24,462 nt of DNA from positions 1 through 24,462 of IMG/VR virus record IMGVR_UViG_3300032561_000122; one strand, written 5' to 3'. The notes under the pieces were generated by a model, which was given only the letters and a program-made list of their open reading frames with translations, was not told where the DNA came from and did no database searches. Source of the stretch: a virus. Lineage: Duplodnaviria > Caudoviricetes. Each line of letters begins with the position of its first letter. Position 1 is the stretch's first letter. The position numbers were made by a program, and so were the translations under genes. Of the stretch, positions 24,201 to 24,462 are shown piece after piece.

Positions 24201-24461
24201 TTAATATGCGGCTGACAAAATAGTTAGAGCTTCAGGACGAATACCCCAACCAGAAGTAGTACGCATTGTATACAGAGTAGTAATACCGCCATCAGGAATG
24301 GGAGTAGGAATCTCTGTAGGTGCTGATACATCGGTCAACATTAAGCTAGTAGCTGTGATATTGGGTGTCAATGTAGCAAACACGTTGGTATTGATGCGAT
24401 TGTTGGCTTTAGGAATTTTAAGTTCAGGAGCAATCAAAAGAATTGCGTCTGTACCACCAGT
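24201..24461 (-). CDS. major capsid protein, C-terminal part (partial)
   Basis: Open from the window edge: TGGTDAILLIAPE...RTTSGWGIRPEALTILSAAY*. The GxxIRPxA ending is typical of HK97-fold capsids, and a terminator and neck genes follow. Confidence 0.78.
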   Translation of the reverse strand, partial: TGGTDAILLIAPELKIPKANNRINTNVFATLTPNITATSLMLTDVSAPTEIPTPIPDGGITTLYTMRTTSGWGIRPEALTILSAAY

Positions 24462-24462
24462 A

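Noticed and set aside
1-24462. tRNA, rRNA, integrase, transposase, intron or stop-codon reassignment
   Set aside because: None recognised. Genes tile the window under the standard code, with TAA, TGA and TAG all used as stops.

Overview
The window is the late (morphogenesis and lysis) region of a tailed phage with a contractile tail, almost all on the minus strand. From right to left it holds the major capsid C-terminus, a Pro/Ala-rich protein, head-tail joining genes, sheath, tube, a tail chaperone with an overlapping -1 frame, a short tape measure with a C-terminal muralytic-type domain, a full baseplate set, three fibre/receptor-binding genes (two ending in S74 chaperone domains) with small accessory ORFs, and a lysis cassette ending in an M15 peptidase endolysin. 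A plus-strand gene converges on the endolysin at the left edge. Four observations stand out. (1) A compact pseudoknot or kissing-loop RNA fills the ~95-nt gap at 23732-23813. (2) An in-phase A_AAA_AAG -1 slippery site in a lysis-cassette gene would add a C-terminal transmembrane helix, with a stop overlapping the holin start. (3) A near-consensus sigma70 promoter with a palindrome over its start site sits in front of the lysis cassette. (4) One ORF is a glycosyltransferase/Gly-rich chimera that looks like a deletion scar. All family calls come from motif recognition and gene order; no database search was run.
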